Source of the DNA: Sumerlaeia bacterium
Lineage (GTDB): Bacteria > Sumerlaeota > Sumerlaeia > SLMS01 > JAHLLQ01
Direction of reading: 5' to 3'
DNA: 64,000 bases
Assembly: GCA_040219255.1 (NCBI GenBank)
Contig: JAVJSW010000037.1
Location: 64,001 to 128,000 of the forward strand
In this document: piece by piece, positions 6,578 through 17,500 of the stretch
How positions within the stretch are numbered: the stretch's first letter is position 1
How the letters are laid out: each line of letters begins with the position of its first letter
Made by a program: the position numbers and the translations under genes
Notes under the pieces: model-generated
Database searches by the model: none
Seen by the model: the letters and a program-made list of their open reading frames with translations, nothing else
What the model was told of the DNA's origin: nothing

Positions 6578-9412
6578 CTACTCCCAACTATCCCAGTCCG
6601 GTAAGGCCGCCGGACGGGGACCGTCAAGAGTTAAGTTCGCTGCTGGATCTCCGAAGATCGTGTACTCCTTGAGCGTTTCGTCGAAGAACGGCCATTGGGC
6701 GTGGAAGTCGATGCGCGCCTGCAAGAGCAGTTCGCCGATGGTTCGGGGCCGCACGGCGTCGCTCTGGCTCAGGAGGGACATGACGGCGATGGCGAACTGC
6801 TTCTGCTCGAAGTAGTAGTCGGCGCTGACGGGACAGATGTTTCCGATGGCGCCGTGGTCCGCCACGATGGTCCAGGCTTCCGCCATTGATCGTTTCGTGG
6901 CGTTCGGATAGGCGAAATTGCCGTTCAGACAGGTGAAAGTGGCGACGATGGGCCAGTTGTCTTCCGTGGCGATGAGTCCAGTCATGATGTCATCGGTGGT
7001 CACGATGCGCTCGCCGGTCCAGATGTCGTCGCTGCCGTGGCCCATGTAGAGTGCAAAGGCCGTGCCATCGGCGAAGGCGTTTTGGATCGCGGCGCGCGTC
7101 ACGGGGTCGTTGTTGGGGGTCGAGGCGAGGAGGCCGACGTGGGCGCTGCCGTGGCCGGTGGGGGCCCAGTAGCTGTCCCACAGGGGCACGTCCTCCCAGT
7201 AGATGCTGAAGCCGTCGTTGTCGAAGTCGTCGTTGTCATCGGTGACCCAGAGAGCGGGGCGGTTGGCGTCGCGAAGGGTTTCGACAAGGGCGTCGAAACG
7301 GATCTGGCGGTCGACGAAGTTGGCGACTTCTTGCGGGGTCTTGGCGGGGATTCGGCCAAAGGAGGCGTCGGGCAGAAGGTCGCCGCCTTCGAAGAGGGTG
7401 TAGGGGTAGTCGAGAGGCACTTCGAGGAAGCCGAAGCTGTATTCGGGGCTGAGTTCGTTGAAGACCGGAATCTGAGGCGCGTCGAGAGGATCGAGTTCGC
7501 CGCGGGGGTCCGAGTTGCCGTGGGCGACGAGGAGGAAATCGGGGAGGGCGGCGTGGGAGGGAGAATGATCGAGAAGTGCGACGAGGGCTTCGCGCAGGGC
7601 CTCGGGGCTTTTCTGTCCGCCGTTGTAGGCGTCGTAGGCGGCCTGCGGGTCGAGTTCGATGGTGCCGGCGCCATAGTGGGCCACAAGGGGCGAGAGCGCC
7701 GCGGCGAATTCGTCGGGCCGGACGTAGATGCGCTCGAGCCTGAATTCGGCGATGGGCGGGACCGGCATGGCCTTGGCCACCGTGATGACGGGCGGTGTGG
7801 TGATCGCGTCGAGGCGCGTGACGAAGAACGTGGTGTGGGAGCTGGGGGCGTCGAATTCGACCGCGGCGGCGGCGCCCGCGTCATAGGTGAAGACGGGCGG
7901 GTTGGCGACGACTTGGGGAAGCTGCGGGTTGGTGATGTCGACCACCAGAACTGCGCCGGATGTCGTGGCGGGATCGAAGCCGCCGACGGTGACTCGGCGC
8001 GGGCCGGAATCGGCGGGCAGATCGACGAGGCACTGGTTATCGGGATCGAGGCGGAAGTAGCCGGTGTAGGTCAAATCGTACCAATTCAGGTTCTGGGCCG
8101 ACGTGCCCGACGGCCTCGGCGTTACGATATGGCGGACCTCGATGGTGTCGCCGGAAGGCAGCGAGGGCAGGAAAATCGAGTCCGTGAGGACATGAACGGT
8201 CTTGCCTTCCCATTCGTCGGTTTTTGTGTCCACGCCCTGGATGCGGAGTTTGGCGCCGTGATCGAAAGCGGAGTCATTGATGTTATAGCCGTGGAGTTCG
8301 GCGGAAATCGTGAGCGCGGTCGTGGTCAGTTCGTCGTGGATCGGAATGTTGTAGGGGCGGTTGCCGCCGGTGTTGCGCCAGAAGAAGAAGCGGTCGAGCG
8401 GGGCGGTCTGGGCGGCCCACTCGAAATAGAGGTCGTACTCGTGGCGGCGGGTGATGGTGTGTTCGGCTTCCGTGGCGAGGGGCGCCAGGGACTCGAAGGC
8501 CGGGCGGATGGTGGCCTGGGTGGTGGGCGAGTCGCCGACGCTGGCGAAGAGCGCGTCCGTGTCGGCGTCATCGGTGTATCGAAAAGGGGCGGTGACGAGC
8601 AGATCGTTCCCATCGGTCCCCAGCGGCGGCACGATGACTGCGTGGTGATCGAGAAGGACCTGCGTGGCGGAGGACGGGTCCGCACCGAGCAGGCTGAGGG
8701 GCACGCGATAGATGGCCGGTTCGTTCCGGTAGGCGATGCGATAGTCGCCCGGGGGCGAGGGAATGGGCGCTGCCTTGGTGGCGCGGGGGCGCGCCGGAAG
8801 CGCGGTGACGGTCTCGCCATTGAGGAAGGTACGCCGCACGACTCGGTGCAGGACCTCTTCCTCGGCCAAGTCGATCGTTGCCAGTCCTTTGGTGGTGGAA
8901 GCGGGGCCGCTGACGGTGATGAGCAGCTCTGTACCGGGGGCGGTTTCGCTCGCCCAGGCGGTGGGATCGACGGTGACTTGAAGGCCTTCGGCGGGGCCAA
9001 CGGCGACGGGGGCGAGCGTGACGCCGGTCTGGGCGTCGAGTGGCTGACCGGAGACAGTGGCGACGGCGACTTTCCAGTCGGCCGGATCGAACTGACCGAG
9101 GCCGGGGACGGCCAAGTACGTCGACTGGGTAAGGAAAGCGGAGTTGGACAGAGCGCGGGGAGCGAGGGCTTCCGCGCCGAAATCCGCCACGAGGGGCGAA
9201 GCGGGGCTCAGGCTCAGTTCACGCCCGAGAGCCTCGGGCGGCAACGTGCCGCCATTGCGGGGGCTAAAACGGAGCGTGGCATGGAAACCGGACGGGGACG
9301 CCTTATTCGGCGCCACCGCGGATTCCAGGGTGAATCCGGCAAGGACGGATGTGGACGCGAAGACAGTGAGCGCGAGGAGGGTAAGAATAAAGGCGGTGGT
9401 GAGGCGATTCAT
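6578..9412 (-). CDS. Secreted C25-family (gingipain/PorU-like) cysteine peptidase
   Basis: Signal peptide; FGRIPA, YMGHGS (catalytic His), ATFTCLNGNF (catalytic Cys) and YTIFGDPA motifs; ends PAALPDWDSWE. Confidence 0.88.
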   Translation of the reverse strand: MNRLTTAFILTLLALTVFASTSVLAGFTLESAVAPNKASPSGFHATLRFSPRNGGTLPPEALGRELSLSPASPLVADFGAEALAPRALSNSAFLTQSTYLAVPGLGQFDPADWKVAVATVSGQPLDAQTGVTLAPVAVGPAEGLQVTVDPTAWASETAPGTELLITVSGPASTTKGLATIDLAEEEVLHRVVRRTFLNGETVTALPARPRATKAAPIPSPPGDYRIAYRNEPAIYRVPLSLLGADPSSATQVLLDHHAVIVPPLGTDGNDLLVTAPFRYTDDADTDALFASVGDSPTTQATIRPAFESLAPLATEAEHTITRRHEYDLYFEWAAQTAPLDRFFFWRNTGGNRPYNIPIHDELTTTALTISAELHGYNINDSAFDHGAKLRIQGVDTKTDEWEGKTVHVLTDSIFLPSLPSGDTIEVRHIVTPRPSGTSAQNLNWYDLTYTGYFRLDPDNQCLVDLPADSGPRRVTVGGFDPATTSGAVLVVDITNPQLPQVVANPPVFTYDAGAAAAVEFDAPSSHTTFFVTRLDAITTPPVITVAKAMPVPPIAEFRLERIYVRPDEFAAALSPLVAHYGAGTIELDPQAAYDAYNGGQKSPEALREALVALLDHSPSHAALPDFLLVAHGNSDPRGELDPLDAPQIPVFNELSPEYSFGFLEVPLDYPYTLFEGGDLLPDASFGRIPAKTPQEVANFVDRQIRFDALVETLRDANRPALWVTDDNDDFDNDGFSIYWEDVPLWDSYWAPTGHGSAHVGLLASTPNNDPVTRAAIQNAFADGTAFALYMGHGSDDIWTGERIVTTDDIMTGLIATEDNWPIVATFTCLNGNFAYPNATKRSMAEAWTIVADHGAIGNICPVSADYYFEQKQFAIAVMSLLSQSDAVRPRTIGELLLQARIDFHAQWPFFDETLKEYTIFGDPAANLTLDGPRPAALPDWDSWE

Positions 9413-9604
9413 ATATGGCAGGTCTCTGGTGATGGGCAGGGGTCTGTATTAAGGCCTATGGGCATCAGCCGCGAGTTTCTTGCGGGATGAGGGCAATTCC
9501 TCGCGAGCAAAATCGGGGGCAGTTTGTGGAATCTTAGTAAAGCGGCGGAAAATTGCCCACTAAAAGAACGAGCGGAATTGTCCGTGAAGGCGGCGTGGGG
9601 CGCC

Positions 9605-10345
9605 TTACATCAGGCGGAAGCGGCACCGCAGCAGCGTGGTCACGGCTTCGATAAAATCGCGCCAGCCGATTTTTTTGCCCTCTTCGAAGGTGCGGGCGAA
9701 AAAGGTCACCGGCACCTCGTGGATGCGATAGCCGCTGAGCAGGAGTTTGGCGGTGACTTCGGGGCAGAACTCGAAGCGTTCGCACTTGAGCGGGATGCCT
9801 TTGATGACCTCCGCGCGGAAGGCCTTATAGGCGGTGGCTTCGTCGGTGATGACCTGACCGAAGAGAATGGCGACGAAGAAGGCGAGAAGTTTGTTGGCGA
9901 CGTAATTGGGCAGGCGCATGCCGGTTGGGGTGCGGCCGAGGAAGCGGGAGCCGTAGGTGACTTCCGTGCGGCCATCGACAATGGGGGCGATGATCTCCGG
10001 GATTTCCGCCGGGTCGTATTCCAGGTCGGCGTCCTGGACGAGAATGATGTCGCCGGTGGCGATTTTGAGGCCGGTGCGGATCGCCCGGCCTTTGCCGTGG
10101 TTGCGTTTGTGGAGCGCGATTTTGGAGTCCGGGCGGCCGTGCTCGTTGTCGCGGAGCCATTCGCGAGTGCCGTCCTTGGAGAAATCGTCGACCAGGATCA
10201 GCTCGCGTTCCAGCCCCAGCGGGGCCAAATCCACGGCGCGCACCTTCTCGAGGACCCGGGGCAGCAGCTCGATCTCGTTGTAGATCGGAATGATCAGGGA
10301 CAACTTGCGGGGCTTGAAATCGGGGGAAGGCACGGGGCGCGGCAT
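9605..10345 (-). CDS. Glycosyltransferase family 2 (DPM1-like)
   Basis: LSLIIPIYNE, VDDFSKDGT, NHGKGRA, QDADLEYDP, GSRF motifs. Confidence 0.9.
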   Translation of the reverse strand: MPRPVPSPDFKPRKLSLIIPIYNEIELLPRVLEKVRAVDLAPLGLERELILVDDFSKDGTREWLRDNEHGRPDSKIALHKRNHGKGRAIRTGLKIATGDIILVQDADLEYDPAEIPEIIAPIVDGRTEVTYGSRFLGRTPTGMRLPNYVANKLLAFFVAILFGQVITDEATAYKAFRAEVIKGIPLKCERFEFCPEVTAKLLLSGYRIHEVPVTFFARTFEEGKKIGWRDFIEAVTTLLRCRFRLM

Positions 10346-10549
10346 GGTCAGGCTCTCAGGCTCGGCGTGGCGAGCAGTGTGGCTCAGTTATAGACCGGCG
10401 CAAGGGGGGAAAAGCTTGGGGTTTGGGACACGGAGGGCACGGAGGATGGAGATTCACGGAGGTGGATCAGTTCCTCTTGGGGGGGCTCCGTTCCGATTCC
10501 TATCCGCGCCAATCCGTGACCCATCCTCGGCGGGCAGCCACCATTCCGA

Positions 10550-12151
<1,602 letters not shown>

Positions 12152-12348
12152 GGGAAAACTCCTGCGTTCGTGCAGCGGGGGGGAGAGAGTATAATCTCGT
12201 CGGCTGGGGTTGCAGCGCCAGGAGCGGGCCAAGAGGCGGGTCCGGGAGGCGATGCCGATTCGGGGGGCCGGATTCGTTTTCTGGTCAGAGAGTTCGAAAA
12301 CGGGAGTTTACCGCCCCGCTCCGCGCCGGACAGGCGGGCGGAGCGAGG

Positions 12349-12429
12349 CTAGCGAAGTCGCAGGGCGAGGGGGAGGTTTCGAAGCCGCGATGGAGTGGCG
12401 TGTGCCGCTGTGGTCGTCGAGTGGATCAT
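12349..12429 (-). CDS. Putative Leu-rich leader peptide (uORF) upstream of leuA
   Basis: MIHSTTTAAHATPSRLRNLPLALRLR*; 5 Leu in the last 11 codons; followed by a GC hairpin. Confidence 0.4.
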   Translation of the reverse strand: MIHSTTTAAHATPSRLRNLPLALRLR

Positions 12430-12474
12430 AACGCGCCGGTCCCGGGGTTGGCGACTCTCCCGATAAAGTCGGAT

Positions 12475-12750
12475 AAAATGAAAAGCGCCCCCGGCAAGCC
12501 ATCGATCTGGCTTTGGCCGGGGGCGCTGGAAGCTTGCGCGGTACCACCCCGAATTCGCTCCCGATGGGGAGCCTTCGTTACCTCTTCTGACGGGAGAGGG
12601 CCAATCCGTCTGGTTCTACTTGCCCGGTGGGGCTTTGGGGCCAGAGGCTCGGAGGTCAGTTCGGGCGGCCGGGGGCGGAACCCTTCCAGCCAAAGGGGTT
12701 CCTCTCTGTCGCTCTCCCGGGCGCCGCCGTACTCGTCCTCGTCGTCGCCG
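12475..12750 (-). promoter_or_regulatory. T-box riboswitch (Leu, CUG specifier), transcriptional attenuator of leuA
   Basis: On the minus strand: GA motif and AGUA, AGAGAG bulge, GGCUGGAA loop, specifier GAA-CUG-A (12657-12659), AGUAGAA, CCGUCA, T-box GGUGGUACCGCG (12537-12548), then an 11-bp terminator stem (12485-12526) and U tract. Confidence 0.9.
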
Positions 12751-12904
12751 TTTACGTGGGGCCGGTTGCATCGGACCGTGGCGGTCCAAAACCGTATGTC
12801 GAGCGTAAGGAAGAACCAGCGGGGGGCGCTCTGTCAAGAGCCGATCCAGAGGCCAACGCATTTCTCGCGATAAAATTTGATGGGTGGTCGTTGTGAGAAA
12901 GGAA

Positions 12905-13049
12905 TCACCACAGAGTCACCGAGGACACCGAGGAAGAGTTTCCTCAGAGTCAGTGACACGATCGCACGTTACGTAGAAAGAGACTTGAAAGAAGGCGATA
13001 TCTTCTCATCCTGAATAAAATCTCGGTGCCCTCTGTGGCTCTGTGGTGA
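12905..13049. repeat. Intergenic inverted-repeat element with ~9-nt internal periodicity (MITE/REP-like)
   Basis: tcaccacagagtcaccgaggacaccgag ... ctcggtgccctctgtggctctgtggtga. Confidence 0.7.
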
Positions 13050-13123
13050 ATTACCAGCTCCCCCGCCACGCCCCCGAATTGCCTTGCCGTCGGGGCCATT
13101 TCGCGCCGTCAGATGGGCCTGCT

Positions 13124-14374
13124 ATGCGTTCTGTGTTCGTCGTTGCCCACCACGAAATCCGCCTGTTGGCCCGCGATGTGAAGGCCCTGCTGCTGCTGTT
13201 TGTGCTGCCGATCGCGTTGATCGTGATCGCGATTTTCGCGCTCGGGTCGCTCTATGGCGGCGGGATGACGGAAACGCGGGTGCTCTTGGTGGATGAGGAC
13301 GGCTCGGCCTTGTCGCGGCAGATTGCCGTGGACTTGGGGACTTATCCGCAGCTCCTGATCGAGACCTCCGATCCGTTCCTGAATGATTCCGCCACTACCC
13401 AGCCCATGACCCGCGAGCGGGCCCAGGCCATCCTCGATTCGGGCGACCGCTTCGCCGCCATCGTTATCCCGGGAGGGTTTGGCGAGGCGGTGACGACCGG
13501 GGCCGCGGCGCGGATTCAGATCCTGCGCAATCCCGCCCAGACCGCCGGGCCCGCCATTGCCTTCGGAATTCTCCAGGGCATCGCCACGCGGCTCTCGGCC
13601 GACGTAATTGCCCGAGGCGTCACCAGCGCCCAGCTCCAGCCCGCGGGCGCCGCGCCGGCCCCGCCGGGCCAGGCCGAGCGCATGCTGGCCGATGTGCAGC
13701 GCGCCACCGCCGAGGCCTGGGAGAATCCGCCGGTCGTCGTCGAGCAAACTGATGTCGTCGAAGTCACCAACGGCGAGATCGATCCGCTGAAGCAGAACGT
13801 GCCGGGTTACGCGGTGATGTTTTCGCTGTTCACGGCTCTGCTGTGCGGCGAGAGCCTGCTTCGTGACCGCGACACGGGGGCGTACCGCCGGCTGCTCTGC
13901 GCGCCGCTCAGCAAGGGGGCTCTGCTGCTGGGCAAGCTCCTCGCCGCGTTTTGCGTCGCGGTGATTCAGCTCATCGTCTTTTTCAGCTTCGGTCACTTCG
14001 TGTTCGGGATGGAGCTGGGCAATTCGGCCGCCGCGCTGGTGCTGATGTGCGCGGTGCTGGCGCTGACCACGACGAGCCTGGGGATTTTCCTGGCCGCGGT
14101 GGTCAAGACGCAGAACCAGCTTTTCAGCCTCACCAGCTTTCTCATCCTCGTCATGTCGGCGGTGGGGGGGTGCTGGTGGCCGCTGGAAATCACGCCGCCC
14201 TTCATGCAGAAACTGGCCTACTTCACCACGCTGAACGCCTGGGCGATGTCCGGGTTCAAGGACGTGCTCTGGTACGGCCGCGGGGTTGCGGCGCTGGGAC
14301 CGGAGATCGCGGCCCTGCTGGCGATTTCCGCGGTGGCGTTTGGGGTGGGTTGGTGGCGGTTTCGGTTCGAGTAG
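13124..14374 (+). CDS. ABC-2 type transporter permease
   Basis: N-terminal TM, large extracytoplasmic loop, VPGYAVMF...DRDTGAYRRLLCAP...GKLL, GGCWWPLEITP. Confidence 0.9.
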   Translation: MRSVFVVAHHEIRLLARDVKALLLLFVLPIALIVIAIFALGSLYGGGMTETRVLLVDEDGSALSRQIAVDLGTYPQLLIETSDPFLNDSATTQPMTRERAQAILDSGDRFAAIVIPGGFGEAVTTGAAARIQILRNPAQTAGPAIAFGILQGIATRLSADVIARGVTSAQLQPAGAAPAPPGQAERMLADVQRATAEAWENPPVVVEQTDVVEVTNGEIDPLKQNVPGYAVMFSLFTALLCGESLLRDRDTGAYRRLLCAPLSKGALLLGKLLAAFCVAVIQLIVFFSFGHFVFGMELGNSAAALVLMCAVLALTTTSLGIFLAAVVKTQNQLFSLTSFLILVMSAVGGCWWPLEITPPFMQKLAYFTTLNAWAMSGFKDVLWYGRGVAALGPEIAALLAISAVAFGVGWWRFRFE

Positions 14375-14387
14375 GGGAGGCTTGGTA

Positions 14388-14494
14388 CAGCGTGCCGCTC
14401 GATCCGCGCTGGTTGGGCGCGGCTCAGGGGCAGTCCTTTCGGTTCATGACCGCGCCGCTCCAGATGCGCTTGGCACGAGGAACGCGGCACGCTG
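14388..14494. repeat. Inverted repeat between convergent genes
   Basis: cagcgtgccgc (14388-14398) / gcggcacgctg (14484-14494). Confidence 0.5.
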
Positions 14495-14513
14495 GACGAT
14501 CGACTTCCTATTC

Positions 14514-17500
14514 CTAATACAGCATCCACTCTCCAGCGCGGGCCGGGCCGCCGCCAGAGGTGGCGAAGGCGGGGCCGTAGTTGGCGGTGAAGCCTTGGGT
14601 TTCGACTTCGATGAGGAAGTAACCGCGGGTTTCGCCGTCGGCGATGGGGAGCGGGTCGGTGATTTCGTAGTTGGCGCCCTTGCTGGGCGAGCCCAGGGAC
14701 GGGACGATGGTGGTGTTGACGCGGTCGCCGGCGACCCAGCCGTTGCCAGCGGCGCTGGGGACGGCGCGGTGGATGTAGAAGCCGATGGTGCCGACTTCCG
14801 CGCCGGTTTCCCAGGCGATGCGTACCGGTTCGCCGGGGTTGGTGGCGGAGGCGGTGAAGGAGATGAGATCGACCCAGAGGGGTTCGCCGGCGTTGGCGGC
14901 GCCGAGGCTGGGGCCGTCGGAGTTGATGCCGCTGGTGTTCTCCCAATCGGTGGCGGTGTCGGTGTCGGTGGAGGAGACGTCGCGGGCGAGGCTGTGCTGG
15001 GCGGCTTTGGCGGCGGCGCCAGACTGGGCGCCGGTGATGTCGCCGCCGAAGAAGGTGCCATAGGGCACGGCGCGGGAAATCTGGCCGGAGAAGCTGCCGC
15101 TGCGGTCTTGCCAATCGAGGTAGTCCATGCCCTTGCCGAGGTCGTCGAGGAGGGCGAGGGAGCCGCTGCGATCCTGCTCCCACGGGATGTTGAAGCCAAC
15201 GAAGAGATCGGGCGAGAGGGTTCCCATGGCGGGCGGGCTGGCGCCGCCTTCGTCAGAGAGGACGAGGTAATCGCTGGCGCCGATCAGGGTGCCGCTGGGG
15301 AAGACGTACTCGGCCTGGAGGCCGGCGCTGTCGCGGAAGACGAGGGTCCATCCGCCGAGGTCAACGGCCGAGGGCACCGGGTTGTAGAGTTCGACGAAGT
15401 CGATGGAGCCGGTGAAGATCTCGTTGATGCGAACGGCGGGATGGAACGGCAGGATCGTCATCGCGGTGATGGTCTGGGTGTTGGGGAAGGCGTCGAAGGG
15501 GTTCGCGGGGTCGGGATTCTCCGGCAGCATGTTGGGGCTGGCGTAGCCGGCGTCGCTGGAGGTCACGGCGGCGAAGCGCATGAGCGAGAGGTCCGGCGAG
15601 CCATGCGAGAGGAGCGGGAGCTGGGTGAGGAAGGCGTCCGGGCCCTGGATGGTGGCGCCCTGACCGGCGGGGAAGGAGCCGTAGCTGCTGCCGTAGCTCA
15701 TGACGATGTCTTCGCGGTAGGCGAAGTTGGTGAAGCTGCCGCCGATGCCGCCGGGCAGGTCGCTGCTGCCCAGCGCGTAGCCGAAGCCGACGCCGGGGGC
15801 GGTGATGCCAGCGATCAGGTCGATGGCGATGCCGGCGCCCTGGAGCGAACCGGAGAGCACGAAGGCGGCGTTGCTGATGTCGCCGCGCAGACCGTCGGCG
15901 AAATCGTTGAGCTGGTTTCGAATGTCGACGGCGCCTTGGCTCGAACCGGCGTTGGTATCGACGTAGAGGAAGGAGCCGTTGTCGATGTTGGTTTCCGACC
16001 CGCCGAACATGTCGCCGCGGACGGCTATGTAAAGGACGTTGTCGCGCAGCAGGCCGCGCATTTCGGTGAGCGAGCCATCGCCGCCGAAGTCGGCGCCGCT
16101 GGCCCCGGGGACGCCCACGAACCCACCGTCAACCGGTGAGCTGGCTAGGAGCACGCCGTCGGAGATGACGGTGTCGAAGGCGCCATCGGCAAAGATGGGC
16201 GGGCGCTGGGGCAGCGGGTCGTAGCCCGTCAAGCCGATGGCGCTGGTGGCTTCGCTGAGGATGCCGGTGAGGTTGGGGCCGGTGGCGGCCTGAACTCGGA
16301 TCTTGGCGTTGGGGGCGTTGGTGTTGACGATGATGGCGCCGCTTTCGATGGCGTCGAATTGCAGGTAGCTGGACACGGGCCGGGTCACGGTGAAGGGTCC
16401 GGACGCAGGGGCGTCGATGTCCGCGACGGTGAGCTGGTCGCCGCCGAGGTCGAGGATAATGCGGGCCGACTGGGCGAGGTTATCCTGGAAGAGGCCTTCG
16501 ATGGTGAGGGAATTGGGTTGGTTGAGGGTCACCGTGGGCGGGTCGCTTTGGGTGGCCGGGGGCGTGGGCGACGTCACGACGACGGACGGGCCGGGGGTGT
16601 TGGCGTCGACGTCGACGAAGGCGATGACTTCGTTGGGTGGAGACGCCATGGAGGTGAGTTCGGCCACCGCGCGGATGGTATGGTTGCCGGTGCCATAGCC
16701 GCGCCAGAGGAAGCGGAATTCTTCGAAATCGTCGCCGAGGTTCTGGTCGTTCTGGACCAGGACGCCGAGGGGCGGGAGCAAGCTTGCATTGTAGGGTTGG
16801 GCCGAAATGGGGGAGCTGTCGTCGACCTGGAGCGTCAGCGAATAATCGGCTGGGAAATCGATGGTTCCCATGCCGCTCGAGCGGCGGACGCGGACGACGA
16901 GGTCGTTGGGATAAGCGGGATCGTTGATGAGCGAAGGAAGTGGCTGGAAATCGACCGAGCCGTCGCTGGGATCGGCGTCATAGCCGAGGAAGACTTCGGG
17001 CGAGGGCACGTCGGCGTCGATGCCGTCAAAGCGGGTGATGCTGTAGTTGCCGGTTTCTTCGAAGGCCACCACGGTGAGTTCATAGGTGCCGGTGGTGAGG
17101 CCGCTGAGGACCTGGCGCCACTGGGTGCGGTCGTGCTGGCGGGATTTGTTGTCGCCATTGAGCAGGGCGAAGATATCGCCGTCGGTGGCCGCCGGGGGCA
17201 CATTGGTCAGGATGTGGACGGAATTGGCGGTTTCGTGGGTATCGACCACGACCTCATAGGACGAGGTCAGGATGTCGCCACTGCCGGTTTGAGTAGGGAA
17301 GGCGAGCGTGGCGGTGGGAGGCAGGCGGTCGAGGTAAATGACTTTGCGTTGCAAGTCGTAGAGGCTGGGGGTGTTGGCCGGGCGTTGGCGGAAGGCGATG
17401 GTTTCCAGGTAATGGTAGCCTTCCGAGAGGCCCGTCGCATCGATGGAGATGGTATAGCTGCGGGGACCGCCGATGGCGCCCGAGACGTTGGGGAAGCCGT

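Noticed and set aside
12400-12896. Small ORFs on both strands upstream of leuA
   Set aside because: The region is explained by the T-box RNA; the translations are not protein-like.
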